Counted from the first letter of the stretch, positions 41,800 to 54,600 are shown. The stretch is DNA of 64,000 bases from Lingula anatina (GCA_051362555.1 CM120642.1:22568001-22632000), one strand, 5' to 3'. A program made the numbers and translations. Notes: generated by a model from the sequence alone, not told the origin.

Positions 41800-42760
41800 C
41801 TTTGCCTACCTTTTGCCGGAATCAAATAACTGAAAAAATGCGGATCACTTGCTTGCAGGACTCAAACCGGCAAAGTCAAATTAAAACGAATGAAATAAAC
41901 AACAGCATGTGTGACAACGTGCGCTCTAGTGCGGGAAATCGCGCGTGCGTCAAATCTTACGATATTCTCGCGAGACGTAAATAGGGAGTTTTAGGTTGTT
42001 TCTTTTAAAATTTAAGATTAGTTTGAAGGATATGCTTGGTATATGAGGATATATTAATGAGGTAACAGAATCATAGAAACGTCAGCGAAAATTTTAAGTA
42101 ATAAGCAGGAAACGCTGTAGAATATTAGAGAAAATAAGTGAGGTAATGTCACATGACCAAACTGTCCAATGAACATGGTGGAAGAAAGAGCTGACGTATT
42201 GAAAAACGGACGGGGCTTCATTTGCGGTGTGGAAGTACTCGGAAATACAAGGATAATACACACGTTTTGATAAAAATATATACTGAGGATAGTAACATGC
42301 ACTTTACTGAATGCACAGAGTATACTTACCCATCAAACTAAACAAAGGAAATGTGGGAATATTTAGTTTTTTCGAAAAGCCATATGCCATGTGATTGTAG
42401 TTGACCAATCAACATGCGCCAATTTAAAAGGAGCATATAAAAGTGCAGATTAGTGTCTGTGGGAAAGCTATATGCTGCTTCCCGGGGTGTATGTGTTCGG
42501 AAGAATCCAGCCGAAAAATGGACACGAAGAGCCATCCGGCGCTGCAAGGCTATCAGCAGAACGCACCTAACATCAACTCAGGGTACTTTGTCCATATTTT
42601 TGCTAGATAAGTATTGTAAATGGCTGAAAAAGGACTATTAAATTAGGGCGCGAATAGTCGGTCAGAGACGCCATTGTTCGTAGTGACATTGTGCTAGATC
42701 GTGCACCGAAAATGTACAATTACTATGGATCCATGGACCCTTATTCCAAAAAACTGTTGT
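41800..42760. promoter_or_regulatory. Probable bidirectional promoter / first non-coding exons of WDR5 (-) and BET (+)
   Basis: Locally CpG-rich and TE-free segment between the divergent genes. It contains palindrome TCTCGCGAGA 41966-41975, CCAAT near 42405, TATAAAA near 42437 and YY1-like CGCCATTGTT near 42669. There is a minus-strand donor (AAG|GTAGG) near 41809 and a plus-strand donor GTGAGT at 42759. Confidence 0.6.
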
Positions 42761-44545
42761 GAGTTACATTATAAACGTTTCCAGCACCTGTATAAAGTAT
42801 AAGTTTGCTACAGTTTATAGTGTAAGCATCAATACTCTGTATGTGTCATTTGCCGGGAGTGTTCTGGAATAAAAATGGTGGCTTTTGTTACATCAGGCAA
42901 TCGTTTGTGCCATATCCAGATAAAGTTATGATGCTGTGGCTTCAGTTTTTGTACTAGGTCGATTTATTTTGTGTCTGTCCTCCATGCTGCATTAAATGGT
43001 TAAGTATTGTGTTGTCCAACGGTGCTTAAAAGTAGGTGCATCTCAAGGTCATCGTTCGAATTTTAGATGGTCATGTGATGATGAGTCATTGGGAAATCCT
43101 GGTATGTTGTAAAAGGAAAGCAGTTTTTTTAATGAACACTTAAACATATATATATATATATATATACATGTTACATTGTCGTTATGTTGGTCATATCCCC
43201 CTTGTGAAATACATTAAAGAAGTATGTTGACTAGTAGTGTTTTGTAATCAGAATATTATATGTTCCTTAAACAGGACTAAGCTTTCCTTATTTACTTAGC
43301 TTTTTGGGTTTTTGCTGTTGATATGAATTGACATTAATCATGTCCCCACATGAATTTTTAGTTGGAAATAAACATCTAAAATAACATATTTGTTTTATGT
43401 GAAAGTGACAGATTACTACCAAATGTATTGGCTCTTAAAGTGATGCTATATGATATTCCCTGTGGTCATTCCATTGTGCAATAATATATCTAGACCCATT
43501 CTCTGTGATCAAAGTTATCATTTCTCTGCCAAGAAAAAAAAACCTTGTTATGGTGTCCATTTTTGCTGCGAAATGTTAAACTGCACTCGGATTCAAATGA
43601 ACTACCTGGTTTGTTCCAACTTTGGGGGCGGGTGAGATTCTGGTTTAAGTGCAATCAATGGGATCAGCTTAATTTTCCGACACGTCTCCTTAAGCAGCAG
43701 GAATTAATTAACTTCCATATATGTTGGGCTTAATAACCTCCTAGCAGCTTGAGGCATGTAAGACAATTAAGGTCATTCCACTGATTGTACTTAGAGAATC
43801 CCCTGCAAAGTTAGTCCATCCCAGCTGGTAAGATGTGTGAATCTGAATATGCCCTTAATCAGGATTTTTCGGATTTGGAGTCTGGTATGGTGAATCACTT
43901 TTTGAATGGCATTATTGATGTTTGATTGAGCACGTGTCATTTTCTCTGATTGTACAATCCTTGGGTTTAATATGTGGTTCCTTTACTTTGATTGGCCACA
44001 AATGCTCTGTCAAAATTACATTTGGCCATGTCACCCATCAATCCTTAGGTTAACCAGACCTGAAATTCCAAGATGTCTTATCACAAAATTCTTTATAGCC
44101 TTGTGAAATGCTAACACCTACACTCGCCAATTTAGCCAAATGCTAATACTGACTTAAATTGGCTAAACAAAATAGAGTTGATTTGATTTGTTTTAGTCAA
44201 ATTAAAACCATATGGAGGAAAAAGTACTGAAAAAATTAGTGATATCATTTGGCTAAGCGAAAAAATTTACAAACGCTACCCCAGATAGTGATCATATTTA
44301 TGTAGTTGTATATTAATTTACCCCCCTCCCCCCCCCCCAAAAAAAAAACGGTTTCATACCTTTCAAAAAAAATTATCAAAAATTTTATCACATTGATTTT
44401 CTCATTTTTGAAGCTATGATTACCCTCCATACATATCATAGCTGCTAAATTTTATATTATGAGATTAGATCAGATTCCTACTCTTTAAGTTATGTTTCAG
44501 CTTTAATCAGTGTTAAAATGATAATGTACTCAAATGAACAGTGAA

Positions 44546-44603
<58 letters not shown>

Positions 44604-45687
44604 TGAATAATTTTTAATGCCAGTGCCCCAGTACTAAGCAGTATGGTAATTGTCTTCCAGCAATGGAACATCTGATCAAGAACATGAAACAGGAACAAAC
44701 AACACAGCAGCAGTAAGTATACAGAAGGTGTGATGTTCATGAGATTAGATTGGATTTCAGAAAGATAAAAATGAAGTATTACAACATACTTTACGAAAGG
44801 CGTCGAACATGCCTGGCAAATTTCGTCTTAGTTGGACCTTATGTCCAAACTGACTGGAATGTGTAAATATAAGGAATACGTGGTTGTTTCTTTTCTAGAC
44901 AATATATTTTACTTCATTCGAGAAGAGAGATGGGATGAAAATCTCGGGGAGTTCCCAGCTAATTATACATAATTTATTAACCTCGGTTTCACTCACAAAT
45001 ACTATTTTGTGACTGGCTGAGGTTGGGGGATTCCTGGATGATGTAATGTACTGTCTCGTTTTCGTGATACCCCTACACGACAAAATGGCTGCAACACGTG
45101 CTCGTACTATGTGTTTTACCGACTTGACTCGGGCTGGACAGTCCCTGTCAAAGCTTCAATTGGATGAAAGAGACTGCCTTACTTTGCTGTTACACAATGC
45201 ATATGTAATTGCCAAAAACAACGGGTGAAATGGTTATCTGATAAACAGACGTTTTTATGGGCATAGATTTGATATTACTAGCTACACATTCTTCATACTT
45301 GTATAGTTTTTAGTCTTTGTGTCATTCCACAATGCCTTTTTCATTAGATAAAAAACAACTTTTTTTCTTTCTTTCTTATTTTACTTTTTTACAAATAAAT
45401 ATATTTTAAAGATTTAATATTTCGTTTAATGTCGATGATTTAAAATGTAAGAAAATACACATGAAAACGAATAATGGTTCATATTTCTATTATCTTCAAG
45501 CTTGTCAGACCGAATTTCTGACAGATTTTTGGGCCTTTCCTAAAGTCTAATTACAAGAATGATTTATTGGTCGGTTAATGTTGATTGCAAGCAAATTTTT
45601 GGTGGGTGGCATCGTTGATGAAAGTATTGACAAAGTTGACGATGTTTTCAGCTAGATTATGGTAAATGAATATTTATTGTATTTCAG

Positions 45688-48600
45688 AACAACAATGTAA
45701 AGCCTGAGCCTACGGATTCAAACAAACCCCCTGGGAATGATACTGGCTCCTCACCTGCTTCCCAGACACCCAACACTATGCCCCCACGCAAAGGGCGCCT
45801 GACAAACCAACTCAATTACTTGCTCAAAGTTGTGATGAAATCAGTATATAAACACCAGATGGGCTGGCCCTTTCATCATCCTGTGGATGCCAGCAAGTTG
45901 AACTTGCCTGTAAGTATGATGGGTGTCTTTGTTCTCTTTACTCATTTTGTATCTGTCATTGTTTTCAACTTGGAAAACAGAATGATTTGTTCTTTTGAAT
46001 GAATGATTTATTCTGAAACTGCTGTTGTATAAGTAATACAAAATATGAATCGATACTATGTACACGAGATAGAGCCACATGTCGATGTCACTTGCACCTT
46101 GCTGACCTTGCAGACTCTTTTTGTTTTCTTCATTTACTGTGATGGAATATGAAATAAATTGAGTCATTTTAATAGCTTGACTAAAAAAAGTACCTGAAAC
46201 AGTAATGAAAGGGTACCTTATTTATGTCCACCATTTATTAACTGAGACTTTTATTTTCAGGACTATCATAAGATCATCAAACAGCCCATGGACTTGGGAA
46301 CAATCAGAAAAAGACTAGAAACTAATTATTACTACAGTGCAAAAGAATGTATACAGGATTTCAATACCATGTTCACAAATTGCTATGTTTACAACAAACC
46401 TGGAGAGGTAAATTTTCTTTTTTCACTGTGCATTGAGAGATTGTTAGGGTTATGTCATATCAATCTGGATAATGTATTACCTTTGGGAATCAGAGGTTGC
46501 ATTGGTGAAAATATGCTTGAATTACCATTCATATTGAAATATGCAGATAAAGTGTCACTCTTTATCAAGCCTACTGCCTTGTAGGTATGATTTGCAAGAG
46601 CTGAAACTGAATGAAATTGAAATACACATTCCACCTTAACAGTTGGACAAGAAGAAAATGATTGTATGTTTGATTAGACTCCAGGCTACTATATGTCTCT
46701 ATAGAAAATGCATATTTGGACCCAAGACAAACATTGAGTTTCATGTAGTTTTTCGCTCTCTAATCCACTAAATTTGTTTTTATGAGTCATGTTTTAAAGA
46801 ATACTGTGATACAAATATTGATTAACCTATTTTTCTTTTTACAGGATGTTGTTCTGATGGCACAAACTTTAGAAAAACTCTTTTTACAAAAAGTGGCCCA
46901 AATGCCACAGGAGGAGTACGAAATGACTGCTCCAGTGAAGAAAGGTCCTGGTCGAACACCACATCATGTGCGTGCACAGCCTAAGGCACCACCAGTACCA
47001 AAACCTCTTCCACCACAACAACAACAACCAGTTATATTAAATTCTCCTCCAGTGACATCACAAATATCTGCAATGCCCCAGTCCACTGAAAGTGGTGTGA
47101 CTCCAACTACAACGGCAACACCCACAGCAACACCCACAAATGCTATAGACTCCTCAGGCTATGGAATGGTGGGACCCACAAAAGTGAGTGAATTTGGCCT
47201 TTTACTCCATAGAGATGGTCACCGCATATATTCAGTTCTTTTCTCAATTACCCCAATACCAGAACTGCACATATGCTTATCTTGGAAATGATGTCTCGTT
47301 CCATTTTGAACATCTCTTTAAAAAAAAAAAGACCATGATTTGGCTCTTGTATTAGGTGATTTAGGAAATGTTTAATGTAAGAGGAGTCACTTTATGGTCC
47401 CCATAGATTAATATTTTCCTCCAAAAAGTTTAAGAAGGCATTGATATTTGGTTTTAAAATACAGTTGTATATTAAAGATGTTAATTACCATATTTGTGCG
47501 AGATGGTTTCTGTTAGCACATTTGCCTATATTGTAGTAAAGTTGTTTGTGATTGCAGTTAAAAAAGGGCGTGAAAAGGAAAGCAGACACTACTACCCCTT
47601 CTGCAGTGAATGACAGTGTATATGACCCTCCCTATGAGCCCAGGGCTGCCAAGCTGGGCCTATCTAGGCGAGAGAGTAACAGACAGATCAAGAAGCCCAA
47701 GAAAGACCTTCCGGAGGACCAGGTCAGCACCCATGACATCATACCTACAGCTGTCCCTCCATCTCGTACTCAGCCAGTAGAAACTGGGACTGCTCCAGTA
47801 AGATCAAACTTAATTTAAAGTCACATCATGCTGCATGGCGCTCCCCTTACCCAGTCAACATATGCTCATGTGCTTGCCCAGTCTACTGACAGAGTACAGG
47901 GGTTTCAATAGATTTTTCCTTGTATAGATGTGTAAAGCCCCCCCCCCCTCTCTCTTTTTTTTTTCTTTTAATTCTCCCCATTTCTTCTTGAAACCCCTGA
48001 GATCAGGACAGTGAAGATATTTTAGTTGTGTGAAGTAAATGATGGCTCTTTAGTCAGTAAGAGTTTTTTGTGTACTTGTAAATGGTACAACCTCTTCTGG
48101 TTTTGTTCAATTGTTGCCCCCCACCCCCACCCCAGTCTAAATTTTATTGCAAACTTTGTAAAACAAGGCTTGGCTTTTGTCTGTCACTGTTCTTACTGAC
48201 TGGACATTACAGCTGCCAAGTTAGCTGTGTGTCCAACATGTTAGTTAAAGCTTGTCATTTATTTGTTTTCAGGCCCAGCACAGTACCAAAAGTAAGAAGG
48301 GCAAACTCTCTGAACAGCTCAAGTATTCAAGTAATATCATAAAGGAACTCCTCTCCAAGAAACATTCAGTAAGTTGGTAAATTATTTCCATTATGTCTTT
48401 AATTCTTAATACAAGTTTTTACGTTGAAGTTTGCTCATTAACAATTAACATGAATTGCTTTTCCACCACTGCATATAGGACATAGTGAGGTAATATCTGA
48501 TATTTATTTGTCTATGGGTGTGTAAGAGTTTCATATTATATCCTTTCTCTTTAAGCAATATGCATGGCCTTTTTACAAGCCTGTTGATGCAGAACTCCTG

Positions 48601-51600
48601 GGTTTACATGACTACCATGATATTATTAAAAAGCCCATGGATCTTGGAACAGTCAAGGTGGGTTGAGTAGCTCATGCATTTTAATTGTTAAATAGACTAA
48701 GTATTTTTGGATTATAAAACATAGACTCTGTTCACATGAAAAGTCTATTTTCTAAAAATCTATTTTTTATTCGCGGTGATCACGGTCCGTGCCCTGAATA
48801 CCCTGCAGCGTAATTACTGACAGCGCGAGCCAGTTACTTCCAAAGCTGTAATTAATTCTCGGCTGCCCTCGGAGTGATCATAAGATACCGCAAATAGAAA
48901 ATAGATTTTTAGAAAATAGACTTTTCATGTGAACGGAGTCATAATTGTTGTGAACTGGTTTCTGGATGAACCATTTTCCATTCTGCTCGAGAAACAACCA
49001 GTTGAGCTCAATATATGCATAGGGTATGGCATTTAAAGATCACTACATTATGGAAATTAAAAAAAGCCAGTTTTAAGTTTGGTGTTTCATGCCTGAAGAC
49101 TTAATTCTTTTTATTGCTGATGTTAATCTGATGGTGTTTGAATGTATCTTTTAAAGTATTGCTCCAGTTTTTTACAAATACTTGTTAATTTATTAGACAA
49201 AAATGGACCGCAGAGAGTACAGGACGGCTGCAGAGTTTGCTGAAGACGTACGAGTCATATTTACCAACTGCTACAGGTATAACCCTCCAGATAGTGATGT
49301 GGTCTTGATGGCTAAAAAATTACAGGTGAGCTCATCCCATAACCGTTACAACTAAATGTTGTTCACAAGATTTAAGTAGAAATTATAAAGGAAGAGGAAA
49401 GAGTTTTGATGATGGTGTTGGTTGTGACCTCCCGGGCAAGGATCTTAGCTCTTTAAGAGCCATGACAGAACACTTAATCAGTGGAGGAAAAAATAAAAGC
49501 CCAAGTTAATCCCAGCCTTTCTCCTTTTAGAGCTTGGCTGTTTCATGCCTTGGGGACAATTGAAGAATGTGATGTATAATAAAATTGTTTTAGAACTTCC
49601 TATGGTAAAGCAAATGTCAGTTGTTTAATGGATTTCAGGGATGGTCTTTTAAAGGATGATTGTCTTTGTTTGTAGGATGTGTTTGAATTGCGGTATGCTA
49701 AGATGCCAGAAGAGCCACCATCTGCACCAGAGACTGCATCTATTGGGGACCAGTCTGAGGACAAGGGTGGGGCCAGCAGTGACAGTGACAGTATTCAAAG
49801 TGAACCTGAAGAGGTGCAGTCAGATTCTGAGGTAGAAAGAGAAAGAAAACTCAAGGAATTAGCAGAACAGGTATGTAACATGAAAGACTGGTCAGTAATG
49901 ATTTACACCTTGATACTATTTAGTGGTGATTTTACACCTATACATAATGTAAAATGATGAGAACCATGCGTGTCATATGAATCTGTTGCACGGTGGCTGT
50001 TAACAGATCTTTTAAGTGCTAGAGACTGAGACAACCCCTAATAAGTGCATAGGATATGATGGCAAAAAGGCGAATCTGATTTCATAAGTTGATTGTTATA
50101 ATTTTTTGATGTGTTAAATGCAACTTATTTGAGTGCTTGCTTTAAGTAAACCTCTAACAATTTGCAGCTGTCAATGGTGCAAGAACAACTTGGGAAACTC
50201 ACAGAGGAACAAGCAAGAAAACTTAAAGAGAAGAAGGCCAGGGAGAAAGAAAAGGAAAAAGAAAAGAAAAAAGACACAAGTTCTAAAAGGAAAAAGAAAG
50301 AAAAAGACACTAAGGATAAAGACAAGAAAACTGAGCCTCTATTGCCTGTAGTACCACCAGTGGTGGTACCTCCATCTATACCAGAACCTCCAAAATCTGC
50401 TGCTAAGCCAGCATCAAAAACTCCTAAAACTACAAAAACAGCCAATCAAAAACGAGCAAGGACTAACAGTCGTGCAAAGAAAAATAAACCTGTGAATTCC
50501 ACGTCTGCTGTCCCAGGTTTTGACAGCGAGGACGAAGACAATGCTAAACCCATGACTTACGATGAAAAGAGGCAACTCAGCTTAGACATAAACAAACTCC
50601 CAGGTATCTATTCAGATCAGTTGGGATGCAGCATTACACTTTATTAAAAGTAAAAGACATAAGGTGCAAGGTTCTGTTTTGAATGCCAATATATACCACA
50701 TAAATATCAGTGAGAAGTTTTTAAAAGTGCTTAACTACTACACTATTCTTTGGAAAACCTGTGAATTTGGAAATCATGCTGGTGCCAGCGACAGATACAT
50801 TTTGAAATGGAATAGGAAAATTACAATATATCGAAGCACATGTTAATCTTTGGAAGCAAGATGTCAAAACGAGTAGAGAGGGCTGTCACCTTAAAAACCA
50901 TTAAAATTTTCTGTAAAATGATGACCACCATGCGCGACATCTGAATCTGTTGCACAGTGATAGTTCTAAGCTGAATCTAGTGTTTTACTGGGGAAAGCTT
51001 GAACTGCTACTCAGCTTTCAGAATCGTGATCGCAAAAAAAGGAAATCTGATTACAATTCACTTTCTGTTTATAAGTCAATGGATTACTATATAAGTTTGA
51101 AATTGAGTTAAGGGTGGCAAATCAAACTGGCATAAATGGGGCAGTAGTGAGAATTTGAGGTTTTTTTGTGTGTGTGTTTGTAAAATGCCCCTAAAGAAGA
51201 GCCTTCCATCCTGCACGTATATCCCCTTTGCCTGTTGCTTGATGTAAATTTTTTTGGAGTGTTGTTTATTTGATAAACAAGCATTACCTAACTATTATAG
51301 TACCTGATTTTTAAATCCATTTTTCCTTCATACAGGAGACAAATTAGGCCGGGTTGTCCACATAATTCAGTCACGAGAGCCGTCCTTACGAGATTCCAAT
51401 CCCGATGAAATTGAGATCGACTTCGAGACGCTGAAGCCATCGACATTACGAGAGCTGGAGAGCTATGTGGCTGCATGCCTTAAGAAGAAACCTAGAAAAC
51501 CTTACAGTAAGTGATTAAATTGGTTGTGTGGTCACATTTTTGTTTCCAACAATTTTTGAGATTTTTAGATTCAAAAATTTTTTGTAGGTTGATGATAAAT

Positions 51601-54600
51601 TTAGGATGAGCCCTATTGGTTTTTGTAAAAAAAGTCTATAAGAGATGCTAGTAGAGTGCCTCAGACAGATTTAGCATAACAAATATCAATAGCCATCTGT
51701 GAAGGGCTTAATTCTCAGTGAACTTGAAGGTACATCTGTCAAAAGCAAACCTTATCAGTTTAGAAAACCAGCACTTAGTACTATGGAATTGATTCTTTCA
51801 GAACATTAAGAATGACGAGGATTAGTGGGACTGTCTTTTAACTATAGAAAGTTAATATAGAACAGTGCCAAAACTAAGAGTCTAAATAATTGTGTAACAT
51901 TTCTATCCCATTTTTTTTTTTTCATTAACTGAGGTCTTTATTTGTAAACTAACTTGATATTAATGTTAATCTATTATTTTTTATTTTTGTTTGAACACAT
52001 TTTTGCAACTTCAGCCTTTTGATTGCAGTCATTATGTTGTTTCTTTGTTTTGCGATATGCCTTTATATATGTTAGACTTATTTTTATATAGTTTGCAAGG
52101 CCCTTCTTTATTATGAAATTTTCTTATCGCAATTTTCTACATTTTGATACAAACATACATAAATGTAACATAGCTAATTGCATAATTTTTTATAGCACCT
52201 AAAAGACCACCCGGGAAGTCCAAAGAGGAAGCCCAACAAGAAAAGAAACAGGAACTGGAGAAAAGACTACAAGATGTGACAGGGCAGTTGGGAGGAAACA
52301 AGCCAAAAACACCAAAGAAAGGTGAGATTTTCAAGGTTGATAATTGTTATTGCAGGATTGCTTTAAAATTGTTTTGTAGATTGGTAATAATTAAGGGGTG
52401 AAGAATATTAATTTTCATAAAGGTTGTTTATTATCTGTTAAAAAATTCCTGAAGTTTTAACATGGGGAAAGGCTGTAAACAAGTTCAGTTGTGATTTATT
52501 ACAACTATGGACTGCTTAGAGAAGAGTAAGTGTGGGGTCAGCAATGTTAATCATTTTGCCCCTATGTAATTTAATGAATGCCACCAAAATTGTTTAGACA
52601 TGTGTCAAAACAATTTATTCATTGCTTTGCTGATATCCATTGGCCACCATCAATCAAGACTGCTTGTTTAAAAATAGCTGCCCATTTAATATTTGATGGC
52701 TCTGTTGTGTTATATTTTCAAGTACCAGCTCTATGAATAATTTTATTATTAAATGATATTACAATCTTGAAGATGCCTCTGTTTGGGAAAGTCGAAAGTT
52801 TTCAATAGCAACAGTAGGCAAGAACACCAGAGATGATATAGAACTTCAATTTATTCGAGTACAGATTTTGAATTTAATGTAATAAAACTCTGAAATACAT
52901 TTTTTCTGCTCATGTTCAATGCTTCATAATTGTAGAGAGTTCCCATGTAGATGTTGTTGGTGGATCCCAGAGTAGACTAAGTGCAAGCAGTAGCAGTACC
53001 TCAGACAGCGACAGTAGCAGTGACAGTAGTTCGTCTGGATCCTCGTCTAGTGACTCTGAGTCAGGTTAGACTGCACTATGTTCAGTCATCATTGGTCTAT
53101 ACATAAATATTTATATATATATATATATTAGGCCTTTTCACATTGAGCATTATATCTTGGCATCCCACCTGGAGTGGAATGTTTTTAGAGGTTCTGACAT
53201 ATTATTTAACTACAAGAAACATGCATTCACAAGTTTGCTTCCTTGGAAGCCCGTAGACTTGCCCTTCAAGAAATCGACGGAAAACGGCTCTTTTTCAAAT
53301 ATGAATGGGCACTGTAGAAAACTCTCTCAAATTATGCACATAGGTGCGATATCATGTGAAGAGTAATTGTTGTAAATTTCAATCCAAGCGGTTGTGTATA
53401 TTTTGAGATAGAACGTTTTAAATGTGCAGCAAACTGTAACGCTAATCCCTTCAAGATCTCGACGAAGTGCATAGTGACGTCATCACTTGTACTTTGAAAG
53501 CTACTAGGTGATTTTCCAAAGAGAATTATTTCGTATCTTATACAAATGTTCAGAAAATGACCATGAAGATAAAAGAAAGTTCACTAATCAAAATTGAAAC
53601 TGCATTATTAGACAGAAAAACATTGTGCATTTCTGACCTAGACTTGTCAGTGTAAACAAAGTGTACTAAATGCATCACAAGCAAGCACGTGGATGCCACG
53701 TTTGATACTTTGTGTCAGACTCTTCATTTTACTTGACAATACTGTGTTTACTATGGGCATGACAGGAAAAACTGTGCAAAAAACGGGTACTTCTGGTTTG
53801 CGTCAATTTCTTGAAGGGCGAGTCAATGAATCTACCAACCTTGTCCAGTGCAGGGTTTCCATTTAGACAATTCTTTTACATAATAGCCAGTCTATTTTAA
53901 GATGTCAATCTCTGAAAACACACCAGTATGGAATGATAGGATATACTGTTAGAAAAGAACGGGCCTATAGTGACTTGATGCAATGTTGAGTAGCATTTGT
54001 TCTACCATTTCATAATTGTTTTGTCTCTGAGTAAAGCTGTGCTTTACCTCATACACACAGAGATTGGTGCTTCTCATGTAATATTCAGTGTTTGCATTTA
54101 TTTTGTATTGTATTTAATGCAAATTTCATCACAATTTCAATTTTTGAACCTGCCAGAGCAGTTTTTACAAGATCTTTTTAAAGGTTCATAATTCTACTGA
54201 AGATATCTCTTTGAATATCAAGTGTGCAACAGGTCTTAGCATAGGGTAGCAAAATGGGGGTTGTGAGTATAGAAAAAAAATTTTTATGACAATTGATTAT
54301 GAATTTTATCCCCATATAAGTACTATGCTATGACCTGTTGCCACCAATGTGGTGCTATCGAGTGCAGAATGTGTCCCTGGAGGTTGACTGTTGGGGGAGG
54401 GAAGGGTTGACAACAACAGCTAGGGTTTAATGCATAAGACAGTTTCAATTGCTTAAATGGCGCACTTGCTCCAGTTGTGTCCCATGTAAATGATCTGGCA
54501 GCATGCGTCCAGCTAACTGGGTTGTATATGAAAGCTAAAGATGGCAACACCTGACAGTGTACAAGGTCACTAAGAGAAGTGAACCACCTGCCTCTACTGC

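Noticed and set aside
45652-45687. ATG-containing micro-exon CTAGATTATG just before BET exon 45688
   Set aside because: It would require a 26-nt intron, too short for normal spliceosomal splicing.
46135-46204. C/D snoRNA-like segment (TACTGT stem, GTGATGG ... CTGA)
   Set aside because: Box C is imperfect and I could not match either guide to rRNA or snRNA; it needs snoScan or expression data.
47897-47999. 12-bp inverted repeat CAGGGGTTTCAA / TTGAAACCCCTG
   Set aside because: It could be a tiny hAT remnant or an RNA hairpin, but there is no TSD or guide evidence to decide.
49060-49105. GGTGTTTCATGCCTGAAGAC resembling the SNORA48 3' end
   Set aside because: There is no ACA box and no matching 5' pocket strand; at most a decayed copy.
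50125-50445. Antisense ORFs over BET exons (also 62837-63080, 52137-52334)
   Set aside because: They are shadows of low-complexity Lys/Glu-rich coding sequence on the opposite strand.
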